From: Nitrospirota bacterium
GTDB taxonomy: Bacteria > Nitrospirota > JACRHJ01
NCBI GenBank assembly: GCA_963845245.1
Contig: CAWJRJ010000021.1
Coordinates: 96,001-160,000 of the forward strand
Length of the DNA: 64,000 nucleotides
Direction of reading: 5' to 3'
The position numbers and the translations under genes were made by a program. Shown here piece by piece: positions 31,884 through 41,313 of the stretch; positions within the stretch are counted from its first letter, which is position 1; each line of letters opens with the position of its first letter. Under the pieces are notes generated by a model. That model was not told the DNA's origin. It saw nothing but the letters and a program-made list of their open reading frames with translations, and made no database searches.

Positions 31884-32796
31884 ATGCAGGAAACGGTTCA
31901 GCCTGATCTCGTTCAGGTGGTGCTGAAAAGCCTCGCCTTCATGGGCACGGTAGGCGCGGTTTTCGGGATCAGCCTCGCGGTGGCGGCAAGGAAGTTCGCG
32001 GTGCATACCGACCCAAAGGTGGAGGCGGTACGGGACGTGCTACCCGGCGCAAACTGCGGCGCCTGCGGCTTCGCCGGCTGCCAGGGTTATGCCGAGGCCG
32101 TGGTCAAGGACCCGTCCATATCCCCAGGGCTCTGCTCGCCCGGCAAGGCGGACGTTGCCGCGCTGGTCGCGAAGATAACCGGCAAGGAAGCCCCGGAGGT
32201 CATCCCCATGGTGGCGACCGTGTTCTGCCGGGGTGACGACTGCATGGCGTCCCGCAGGTTCCGTTACGAGGGCGTCAAGGACTGCAGGGCGGCAATACTG
32301 GTATCGGGCGGGGACAAGACATGTCTGGCCGGCTGCCTGGGTTACGGCACCTGCGCGAGGGCCTGCCCGTTTGGCGCTATTACCATGAGCAAGGACAACC
32401 TGGCCGTGGTGGACCGGGAGAAATGCACCGCCTGCGGCGTGTGCGTGGCCGCCTGCCCGAAGAATATAATCGCCCTTACGCCTGCCGCGAAGATGGTGCA
32501 TATAAGGTGCAGTTCCCGCTACAAGGGGCCGGATGTAAAGAAGGCCTGCAAGTTGGGCTGCATTGCCTGCGGGCTCTGCGCAAAGGGATGCCCCGAGGGC
32601 GCCATAACAATTACGGACAACCTTGCCAAGGATAGATTACGAGAAATGCACACACTGCGAGACATGCGTGCTGCTCTGCCCGCAGAGGACTATAGAGGAC
32701 AGGCTCGACCCGGCCAAGGAGGCCGCGCCCAGGACCAAGCTTGCGAAGAAGGGCGATGGTGCGGCGGCACCCGAGAAGGCTGAAAAAGAGGCCTGA
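31884..32796 (+). CDS. rnfB: Rnf subunit B (frameshift ~32630)
   Basis: LPGANCGACGFAGC..YA, GCLGYGTCARACPFGA, KCTACGVCVAACP and GCIACGLCAKGCP motifs. Confidence 0.94.
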
Positions 32797-32823
32797 GGCT
32801 TTAGCTGATACGAATACAAATAC

Positions 32824-32853
32824 AAAAAGGCATACCATACGGTATGCCTTTTT
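32824..32853. terminator. Bidirectional intrinsic terminator after rnfB
   Basis: AAAAAGGCATACC-ATAC-GGTATGCCTTTTT. Confidence 0.8.
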
Positions 32854-32872
32854 TATTCGTTGCAGCAGCAGA

Positions 32873-35265
32873 TTAGTTTACCGTCTTGCCGCCGTTTATC
32901 GTCTTCATGAAGATGTCCACGATCTCGGGGTCGAACTGGCTTGAGGAGCAGCGCGCTATCTCCGCCACGGCGTCGTCGAAGGGCAGGGCCTTCCTGTACG
33001 GCCTGTCTGAGGTGAGTGCGTCGAAGGTGTCGGCCACTGCGAGTATCCTCGCCTCCAGGGAGAGTTCCGAGCCCTTCTTCTGGTGCGGGTAGCCCCTGCC
33101 GTCGAAACGCTCGTGGTGCTCGCCCACGATGGTCTTCACGTCCTTGAGGAAGGTTATGGGGTCGAGTATCTTTTCTCCTATCATGGGGTGGTCTTTTATG
33201 GCGTCGAACTCCTCGCCTGTAAGCTTGCCGTTCTTGTTCAGGATGTTCATGGAGATGCCGATCTTGCCTATGTCGTGCAGGACGCCGGCGTGCTGGAGGG
33301 CCTGCTTGCGGTCGTCGGGCAGTCCCATCTCCTCCGCCATCATCATGGCGAGCAGGGTGACGCGCTCCGAGTGGCCCTTGGAGTACTTGTCCTTGGCCTC
33401 CAGCGCGTTAACCAGCGCCCTGACGGTATCGAAATAGCTGGAGCGGATGTCGCGGTAGAGGTTCGAGTTTTCGACAGCTATGGCGGCCTGTCCGGCCACG
33501 GTCGTGAGCAGGTCCAGGTCGTCATGGTTGAAGGGTTCGCCGCTGAGCTTGTTGTTTATGTTCAGGATGCCTATGACCTTGCCTTTGATAAACAGCGGGG
33601 CGGCTACCAGTGAAGTCGTGGTGTACTGCGAGTCGTTGGTCACATGGAAACGCGGGTCCTTCTCTATGTCCACTACGAGGAGCGGTTTACCCTCCTTTGC
33701 GACATAACCGGAGATGCCGTCCCCGACCTTGACGTTACGCAGCCTCTTGCCCTCCAGGCCCGACCGCGAACGCAACTTCAAGCTCGCCTATGGCCTCGTT
33801 TATCAGCATAAGAGAGCATATCTTTGCGTTCATCACCCTTGCCAGCGTGGTGACGATCACCTCGAGGACGTTGTCCTTGTCGACGATGGAGTTGAGTATG
33901 TTGCCTATATGGTTTACAGTCGTGAGGCGCTCGACCACCCTCTCGAGGTCAGTGTTCTTCTGTGCGAGGTCCTTGATGAGCATCGCTATCTGGTTGTTGG
34001 CGCTCTCGACCTCTTTCACGCGCTTCGTGAGCTGCATGTTTATTGCCTCGAGCTCCTTCTTGTGGTTGAGTTCGAGGTCTACCTTTATCTTTTCGGCCTT
34101 GACGCGTTCGGTAATGTCGCGTACCACTTCGATCGCATGGGTGATGTTGCCGTCCGAGTCCTTGATCGGCGCCGAGATGCTGTGGACTATGCGCTCCTTG
34201 CCGTCCGGGAGGTAGAAGGACGACTGGTGCTCATGGACCTGCCCGGTGTCGAACACCCTCAGGACTCCGCAATGCGGGCACGGGTCGCTCCTGCCGTGGA
34301 TGCTCCTGTAGCAGTTGGTGCCTCTCTGGACACCGGGGAATATCTCCATGTTCCTCGGGTTCATCTCCTCGATGACCATATCGCGGGAAAGGATGGATAT
34401 GCCGTCCGGCATGGCGTTGATCATGCTCTGGAGCTTTGCGTGCGAGTGGGACATCTCGATGTTTCTGTGGAGGTCTATCTCTTCCTTCTTCTTTTCCTCG
34501 TTCAGCATCTTAATATGGTCGAGCATGTCCAGGAATTTAGTCTGAAGCAGCCCTATCTCGTCCCTGCCACCGATTTTCAGGTCGACAGGCTCTCCTTTTT
34601 CAGCCTTTTCCATCGCGGAGTGCAGGCGCTTGATCGGGCGGTTGATAAGCATCTCGAGGACTATTACCACCCCGAAGGCCAGAAGGAGGCTTATTATCGC
34701 AGAGAACAGGAACATCCGGGCAAGGTGCTCCTTTATCTCGCCCTCGGCGGTTACCAGGGAATAACTTACCTCCAGTACGCCGTTTATCTTGTTCTTCGAG
34801 TCATGGCAGCCGTAGCAGGCTTCGCGGTTGAATATGGGTGTGAGAAGGTATAGTTTTTTCTGTTCAGGTAGCTGGAAGACTGTCGGAGAGGGGCTGTACG
34901 CCGTTGTATTTGATGTATTTTTCGTCGTCGACCTGGGTGCCTATCTCGGACGGGTTGGACGACCGCAGTATCGTCCTGTCGTTGCTTAATATGCGGAGGT
35001 CTACGATATCCTTGTTGGTCGCGATACGCTCCATCGTGCGCTGCACTTCGTCGCGCTCGTTTCGGCCCATGGCGTCGACCAGGCTGTTTTCGATGGTGCT
35101 GGAAAGGAGGCGCAGGTTGCCTTCAACGTCTTTAAGGAAAAACGCGCGCTCCGAGCGGACATTATACATCACAGCCATAGCGAGAAAGAAGACGAGGAAG
35201 CCCGCCGCGAAGATTACTATCTTTGCAGTTATATTGCTGTTGATTTTACTAAAAAATTCTTTCAT
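32873..35265 (-). CDS. Membrane sensor: periplasmic CxxCH domain-HAMP-PAS-like-GAF-HD-GYP (three ORF pieces, frameshifted)
   Basis: TM; periplasmic ...TPIFNREACYGCHD...INGVLEV; TM; HAMP (RPIKRL...DEIGLL); PAS-like (...VVRDITE); GAF (GDGISGYVA...DPRF); KDKYSKGHSERV, HDIGK and HHERFDGRGYP. Confidence 0.87.
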
Positions 35266-35544
35266 AATCCTCAAGGCGCAAGGAACTTATACAATAACTC
35301 AAAAGGACTATATGCAATTTTCAGGCCCTTATTCGGAAGCGTTGCTTTTTTTGTCTATAGAGTGTTCATTATTGTTTATTAACGGCTTTTAAAACATTAA
35401 CACCGTTGGCAGCACAGGTTCGGAGTTTACTATGAGCTATTATAACCCAAAAGTGCTAAGATGGTGCGCAAAAGTGAGTAGTTCTCGATGCTCAAAAATG
35501 CGCAAACCATTTGGATACGCATGTTCATGTTAGCAGATAACCAT

Positions 35545-37546
35545 ATGTATGTAAAGGTTGTAGTCGGTGCGGGGGCGGACAAGTCCTTCACATACTCATG
35601 CCCGGCCGCTTTGCGTGCAAAGGCCCACGTGGGACAAAGGGTACTGGTCTCGCTCGGCAGGGGCGAGCGATATCGGCATAATCGTCGGCTCCACGAACGA
35701 TTCCGGCGGCTTCGCGATCAAGGACCTGCTGGACATCCCGGACGATATCCCTTTGATTTCCAATGAGTTGCTAAACTTGGCCGAATGGGTCGCCTCATAT
35801 TACCACAACCCCCTGGGCCAGGTGCTCTCCATAATGCTTCCGCCCGGAATCGAGGAGGGCAAGCCCTCCCGCCCCCGGAAGTCAGTAATGGAGGATTTGT
35901 CGCGTTATAATGCTCTAAAACTGGACACCGCTGTACTAAAACTGAACAGTGCGCAGGCCTCCGCCTTGGGCGAGATTGTCTCAGGTTGCGGCAAGTTTGT
36001 CCCGTTCCTGCTCCACGGCGCCACCGGCAGCGGCAAGACCGAGGTATACATCCGCGCTATCGAAGAGGTGCTCAAGTCCGGCGCGGGCGCAATCGTCCTG
36101 GTCCCCGAGATATCCCTGACCCCCCAGCAGCAGAGGCGTTTCTCGGCCCGGTTCGGGGAAAAGGTGGCGGTCCTGCACAGCGGCCTCACCGAGTCCCAGA
36201 GGCGGCAGCAGTGGCGCAGGATATGGGAAGGCGAGGCCTCGGTGGTTATCGGCGCGCGCTCGGCGGTGTTCGCGCCCTCTTGCAAAGGTCGGAATCATAA
36301 TCGTGGACGAGGAGCACGACGGCTCATACAAGCAGGAGGAAGGCGTGCGCTACCACGGCCGCGACGTCGCAGTCATGCGCGCAAAGCTCGCCGGATGCCC
36401 GGTGGTATTGGGCAGCGCCACGCCGTCCGTCGAGAGCTATTACAACGCCACTTCCGGCAAATACAGTCTGCTTTCGCTCCCCGAGCGCCCCGGCGGCAGG
36501 CCTATGCCGTCCGTTACCATGGTCGATATGCGCGAGCAGCCCGCGACGCGCCCAGATCTCACAGCCGCTGTACGAAGCCGCGAAGCGTCATCTCGACGCG
36601 GGCCGGCAGGTGCTGTTCTTCCTTAACCGGCGCGGGTTCTCGGACTTCATCCTCTGCCGCGACTGCGGCCACGTGCCCGGCTGCCCGAGCTGTTCCATCT
36701 CGCTCACCTACCACAAGACGGACCTCTCGCTCAAGTGCCACTGGTGCGGCTCCTCCATGCCCCCGCCCGACAGGTGCCCCAAGTGCGGCGGCGACAAGTT
36801 CAAGCTCATGGGGGGCGGGACAGAGAAGCTTGAGAAGGAGGTGGAGGGCCTGTTTGAGGGCATCGGGATCACCCGCATAGACCGTGACACCGTCAAAGGC
36901 CCCGGCGGTTATGGCGACCTCCTTGACGAAGTGGAGTCCGGCCGCTCGCGCGTCATGCTCGGCACCCAGATGGTCGCGAAGGGCCACGACATGCCGAACA
37001 TCGGGCTGGTCGGGGTCGTCATGGCGGACTACGGCCTGCACCACCCGGACTTCAGGGCCGCCGAGCGCACGTTCCAGGTGGTCACCCAGGCGGCGGGCCG
37101 CTCGGGCCGCGGCGACATGCCGGGCGAGGTGATAATCCAGACGCACCAGCCGGAGCATTACAGCCTCATGTATCGCCTCCGGGCATGACTACGCGGGCTT
37201 CTACAAGGAAGAGATAGAGTTTCGGCGCGAACTCGGCTACCCGCCGTTCTCCCGGCTCGCGCTGGTTATAATAAAGGCCGTAAAGAAGGAGAAGGCCTCG
37301 GAAGGGGCCGCCGCCGCGTTCAAGGCATTTTCGGACGTATCCGGCAAGGGCGTCAGCGTCATGGGGCCAGCACCCGCGCCGGTCAAGAAGGGGAGGGGGA
37401 AGTACCGCTTCTTCGTGGTGCTGAAGTCTGGGTCGTCGCAGAAGCTTCAGAAGGCCATCAACGAAGGCCTCAAAGCGTTGAAAGGCGAGGCGAGGCTTTC
37501 CGGCTGTTCCGTCGAGCTTGACGTTGACCCGCAGAGCCTGGCCTGA
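35545..37546 (+). CDS. priA: Primosomal protein N' (several frameshifts)
   Basis: [47 protein letters not shown], Zn-finger cysteines, [10 protein letters not shown] and YPPF, across four frames. Confidence 0.95.
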
Positions 37547-37651
37547 GTGCGCCGTTTTCCCGTCCCTCCCGTTCCTGTAATTTCTGGTACAATTATTAAT
37601 ATAAATCGGAATATCGTTTAACCTGTCCTTTCAACCAAAAAGGAGGACGTC

Positions 37652-38047
37652 ATGAAACTTGGCGTCGTGATAAAAAGCGTGAGTGCGGGCCTGCTCGCGT
37701 TCTGTGTCCTAGTGCTCTGTGCGGGCGCTGCCCGCGCGGACGATTGGCTGGGCGTGCCGGGCGGGTCGAAGGATATTGAGGTATACGTCAAGAAACAGTC
37801 GGATATCACGTTCGGGGTACGCATGATGGATATAAAGTTCGTGAACCACAGCGATGTTGATCTCGCCGTCGCGTACACGGCCATACTCAGATGCCCCGGT
37901 CTGGGTTCAAAGGATGCGGACACCGGCAAGTCTTATGTTAAAAGGCACTCCGAGACCATCACGAGCTTTGCCTATACTCTCTGCGCGGGTGACGCTACGG
38001 ATGATACTTCAATGTTTGAGGTACGTGTAAAGCCGTCCATGTATTAA
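37652..38047 (+). CDS. Hypothetical exported protein
   Basis: AAGGAGG RBS, signal peptide ending ARA, two cysteines in the mature part. Confidence 0.7.
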   Translation: MKLGVVIKSVSAGLLAFCVLVLCAGAARADDWLGVPGGSKDIEVYVKKQSDITFGVRMMDIKFVNHSDVDLAVAYTAILRCPGLGSKDADTGKSYVKRHSETITSFAYTLCAGDATDDTSMFEVRVKPSMY

Positions 38048-38075
38048 TGACGGTGACCGCGTTTTGCGTTCGCTC

Positions 38076-38101
38076 GTCATTCCCGCGCAGGCGGGAATCC
38101 A
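38076..38101. repeat. Short REP-like palindrome (ATTCCC-N8-GGGAAT type)
   Basis: GTCATTCCCGCGCAGGCGGGAATCCA. Confidence 0.7.
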
Positions 38102-38142
38102 GGAATTTCGTATTTTTGACTTTTTGTGTTACAAATAAAAAT

Positions 38143-38158
38143 TGTTCCACGTGGAACA
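38143..38158. other. parS: parS centromere-like site (ParB binding)
   Basis: Perfect palindrome TGTTCCACGTGGAACA matching the bacterial parS consensus; extends to 20 bp at 38141-38160. Confidence 0.88.
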
Positions 38159-38595
38159 ATTGTAAATCTTTTTGTTTGTAGTGTCTTGCCGTTTATTCAG
38201 TTCTTCCTGCTCATTAAGCCCGTATCGCATAAGCCGTTGATTTATATAGTACATTACCCCAGCAACTCATGTTCAAAAACACGCATTTTTCGGCCATTTC
38301 CCGCAAAAAACTGCAAAAAAACACACGGTTTTTGATGTGTTATTTTGATGCGATCTTTATACCCCAGCCTTCCTGACCAAAGCGCTGATAATCAGAAGTA
38401 TTAATGTTGAACTATTAATGTGCTGTTAACGCCCTTTTAATATTCGTCTGTTATTCTCCTTGCCATAGCTCACCCGTTTTCGTAAATCCAATCATAACAA
38501 GAAGGGAGGAGTTGACTATGTCCTTTTCGCGTTAGCGGTATATTTGACCAAATATTAACAATCTACAATCATTCAACCATATAAAGGAGGCGATA

Positions 38596-38720
38596 ATGTT
38601 CAAGAAGCTTTTAGCCGCACTATTTGTTGCCCGTCCACAACTGACACGGTCTTCGGCCCGGCGCTTGCAACGGCCATGCTACCGCCTGCGCCTCTATTTG
38701 CCTGGGAACTCTTTCGCTAA
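38596..38720 (+). CDS. Possible ~40-aa hydrophobic peptide (frame uncertain)
   Basis: Strong AAAGGAGG RBS, start MFKKLLAALFVA; an alternate frame gives TVFGPALATAMLPPAPLFAWELFR*; a terminator-like hairpin follows at ~38772-38805. Confidence 0.4.
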
Positions 38721-39011
38721 AAAATGTAAGTCCAGTCAATGACGGCCCTCCGTTAATTCCATAATTTTTTAAGACCGGCCCCAATCGCGGGGTCGGCTTT
38801 TTCTTAGGTTTCGCGAGTTTTCCGGCCATTTCCCGTAAATTTTCCCGCAAAATTCCCGCAAAAACACCCCCGTTTCCGACACGTTTTTGAGCGTATTTTC
38901 CCCCGTTTTTTTAATCATGAGCGCGCGTGTTATACTTATCTATATAGAAAATTTTGTTAAGCGGACCGCGCAGGCCACGCCGCCGCTTTATGGAATGGAA
39001 GGAGCAGAGCA

Positions 39012-39344
39012 ATGAAAAGGTCAGCGCTTGCAAGAAAAGAGACGTACAAATTAATCGATCCCGTGATGGCGGATCCGAAACACTACAGCATCGAGTTCGA
39101 GAACGACCAGGTGCGGGTGGTCAGGATAAAGTATGGCCCCCATGAGAAGTCGGTCATGCACGACCATGTGGCCGGGGTGGCCGTATTCCTTACCGACCAG
39201 AAGTCGGAGTTCATTTTCCCGGATAGGAGTACAGAGATCGTCTCGGCCAAGGCCGGGGAAACCAGGTGGATGGATGCGTTCAGCCACCTCCCCAGGAACC
39301 TGTCCGATGAGGAGATGGAACTGGTTTATATAGAGTTGAAGTAG
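39012..39344 (+). CDS. Cupin-domain protein
   Basis: DPKHY.IEFENDQVRVVRI.YGPHEKSVMHDH...AGETRW...H...N; GGAG RBS. Confidence 0.85.
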   Translation: MKRSALARKETYKLIDPVMADPKHYSIEFENDQVRVVRIKYGPHEKSVMHDHVAGVAVFLTDQKSEFIFPDRSTEIVSAKAGETRWMDAFSHLPRNLSDEEMELVYIELK

Positions 39345-39378
39345 TAGTAATCGCCGAGCCTCGGTTAGTGTTGAATAC

Positions 39379-39406
39379 AGCCTCGGAGAAATCCGGGGCT
39401 TTTTTT
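39379..39406 (+). terminator. Intrinsic terminator after the cupin gene
   Basis: AGCCTCGG-AGAAAT-CCGGGGCT-TTTTTTT. Confidence 0.75.
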
Positions 39407-39441
39407 CTTGATTTGCTCATACGCCCCTGTATAATGCTTCA

Positions 39442-39496
39442 AGCAAGAGTCAGGCAATACCAGTAAGCACGCACTACCCTATCGGAGTCGGGCTTT
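39442..39496 (+). repeat. 55-bp element, copy 1
   Basis: 48/55 identical to 40146-40200; begins ~6 nt after a TTGATT-16 nt-TATAAT promoter-like sequence. Confidence 0.85.
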
Positions 39497-39563
39497 GAGT
39501 TAGCTTGGATATATCAAAGCACATCTCTGAAAACGGGGATGGGCTTTTTTTAGTGGAGAATTA

Positions 39564-39896
39564 ATGGGCTTTTTTGGAGTGACGATTATCGTATTTATCG
39601 TTTATGTAATAACCTCGGGGACAATCCCGTTCATTTTAGGCTTCCTTTTTCAATCGTTTTTTATCGGCCGTAAACTTCCTAAATCCATCTCTTGGGTTAC
39701 GGCAGCCATCATAACCATACCGTTATTTTATTTTCCTAATGAAAAGCTTAAATCAATACAAGGTTATATACTTCTGAAAGTGGTCTTGTGTTGGGTCTCA
39801 ATTGCCGTTATCGCGGGTTTTATGGATTCTGGGATTCGAATGAGAGAAAAACTGAGAGATTGGAAAGTCAAAAAAGCTTTAAAAAATCGGGTATAG
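39564..39896 (+). CDS. Hypothetical membrane protein (low GC)
   Basis: 110 aa, three hydrophobic segments, GGAG RBS. Confidence 0.65.
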   Translation: MGFFGVTIIVFIVYVITSGTIPFILGFLFQSFFIGRKLPKSISWVTAAIITIPLFYFPNEKLKSIQGYILLKVVLCWVSIAVIAGFMDSGIRMREKLRDWKVKKALKNRV

Positions 39897-39967
39897 AAAT
39901 ACGTTGAATTGAAGCCATCTTTGCAAACGGGGGATGGATTTGTTATTGGTCTATGAATGGGGTAACC

Positions 39968-40147
39968 ATGAAAAAGTTTAAAGTTGTGCTTTTAGAGGAC
40001 CGACACAACCCTGTTCCTGCCACCAGAATAGATGATAAAATAACCGAGATGACGGGAGATGGGTGGACGTTTGTTCAACTGAACAGTGGTGGTGGAGGTG
40101 ATGGCATGTCAGATCGTTGGGTCTATTTGGCTTTTGAGCGTGAATAG
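39968..40147 (+). CDS. Small DUF4177-like protein
   Basis: MKKFKVV...DDKITEMTGDGWTFVQL...YLAFERE resembles the DUF4177 pattern. Confidence 0.6.
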   Translation: MKKFKVVLLEDRHNPVPATRIDDKITEMTGDGWTFVQLNSGGGGDGMSDRWVYLAFERE

Positions 40148-40200
40148 CAAGAGCCAAGCAATGCCAGTAAACACGTACTACCCTAATGGAGTCGGGCTTT
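40146..40200 (+). repeat. 55-bp element, copy 2
   Basis: AGCAAGAGCCAAGCAATGCCAGTAAACACGTACTACCCTAATGGAGTCGGGCTTT. Confidence 0.85.
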
Positions 40201-40249
40201 AATTATACTAAATGTTTATAAATGTTGTGTTGCTGAAGCGGGGATAAAG

Positions 40250-41209
40250 ATGGCAGGAAAAGAATGTCGATATTGTTCTGAAGAAATAAGTGAAAAGTCA
40301 AAGGTATGCCGTTATTGTGGAAGAGACCAAAGAATAATAATTACTAGAATAAAGGACGTTGCTTCAATTGCTACATTAGCAATGATAGGAATAGCAACCG
40401 TACAGGTTATCATAAACTATGGGCAATTCCAAGAATTGAAAAGCAAACGAATTGAAGCACAACAGGTATTTGATGAAGCAAAGCGTGTTTTTAGAAATGC
40501 TTCTACAAAATCCAACAATGCTATCGTAAAAGCTAATCATGTTTTTAGCAATGCATCTGGTATTTCCAATAAGGCGATAATGAATGCTCAGACCGTTTTA
40601 GTGAAAGCTGAAAAGAGTGCAAAGTCAGCAAACATTATTACCGAAAAAGCAGAGAAAGAAATGAAAAATACCATAGGTATGGTCAACAAGCAACTTAAGG
40701 CTTCAAATGAACACGTTAGTAAAACTGAAAAAGAATTAATAGAAAAAATTAATCTCCTGGATCCTCTTAAACAACCGATTTATGCTGTATCAGCAACGGT
40801 AGAAGCAATGACTCCATCAACCGGTCGCAGGAATATACATCTTGAAGATGAGGGAGCATACTTGTTATTAGTAGATAAGAAAGATGAAATTTTAGTTTCA
40901 TTATCAGCGGGGGATTCACATTTAATAAGTCAGGATAACAATAAATATTTGCTGTACTGGAGCATGCTAAGGTTACCGGAAACCAGTCCATTAATAGGAA
41001 AACCGGTTAGTTTTTTAAAACAAACTGAATACCTTGCCATAAGATTCAACCATATGAATGATAATGAAAGGGTTATTGGCGGTCGGGTAGTAGTAATAAT
41101 TAACAATGCTATTCAACTTAATTTTAAAATATCGGAGCAGAACATTACTGACAAACTTAAACTAATTGTAGTGCAGGATTTAAAATCTTCCTTATCCGTG
41201 CTGAAATAA
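40250..41209 (+). CDS. Hypothetical zinc-ribbon / TM / coiled-coil protein (AT-rich)
   Basis: CRYC...CRYC N-terminus, one TM segment, internal near-repeat VF.NAS..SN.AI..A..V; markedly AT-rich. Confidence 0.75.
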   Translation: MAGKECRYCSEEISEKSKVCRYCGRDQRIIITRIKDVASIATLAMIGIATVQVIINYGQFQELKSKRIEAQQVFDEAKRVFRNASTKSNNAIVKANHVFSNASGISNKAIMNAQTVLVKAEKSAKSANIITEKAEKEMKNTIGMVNKQLKASNEHVSKTEKELIEKINLLDPLKQPIYAVSATVEAMTPSTGRRNIHLEDEGAYLLLVDKKDEILVSLSAGDSHLISQDNNKYLLYWSMLRLPETSPLIGKPVSFLKQTEYLAIRFNHMNDNERVIGGRVVVIINNAIQLNFKISEQNITDKLKLIVVQDLKSSLSVLK

Positions 41210-41313
41210 ACGTGATAAAACAGAAGAATAAAGAGAATATCGGAAAATAATAGTTTAAGGGTTATGGCGTTTATAAATACCCCGCCCCTCTATAATTAGG
41301 GACACATCCCCAT

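Noticed and set aside
35545..37546. priA, ispG and nuo/rnf genes as pseudogenes or programmed frameshift targets
   Set aside because: Breaks are scattered across many unrelated essential genes with no shared slippery site; sequencing indels are the simpler explanation.
39442..40200. 55-bp repeat pair as a CRISPR array or integron attC sites
   Set aside because: Only two copies, ~650 bp apart with genes between; no regular spacers or cas genes. No RYYYAAC...GTTRRRY ends and no integrase in the window.
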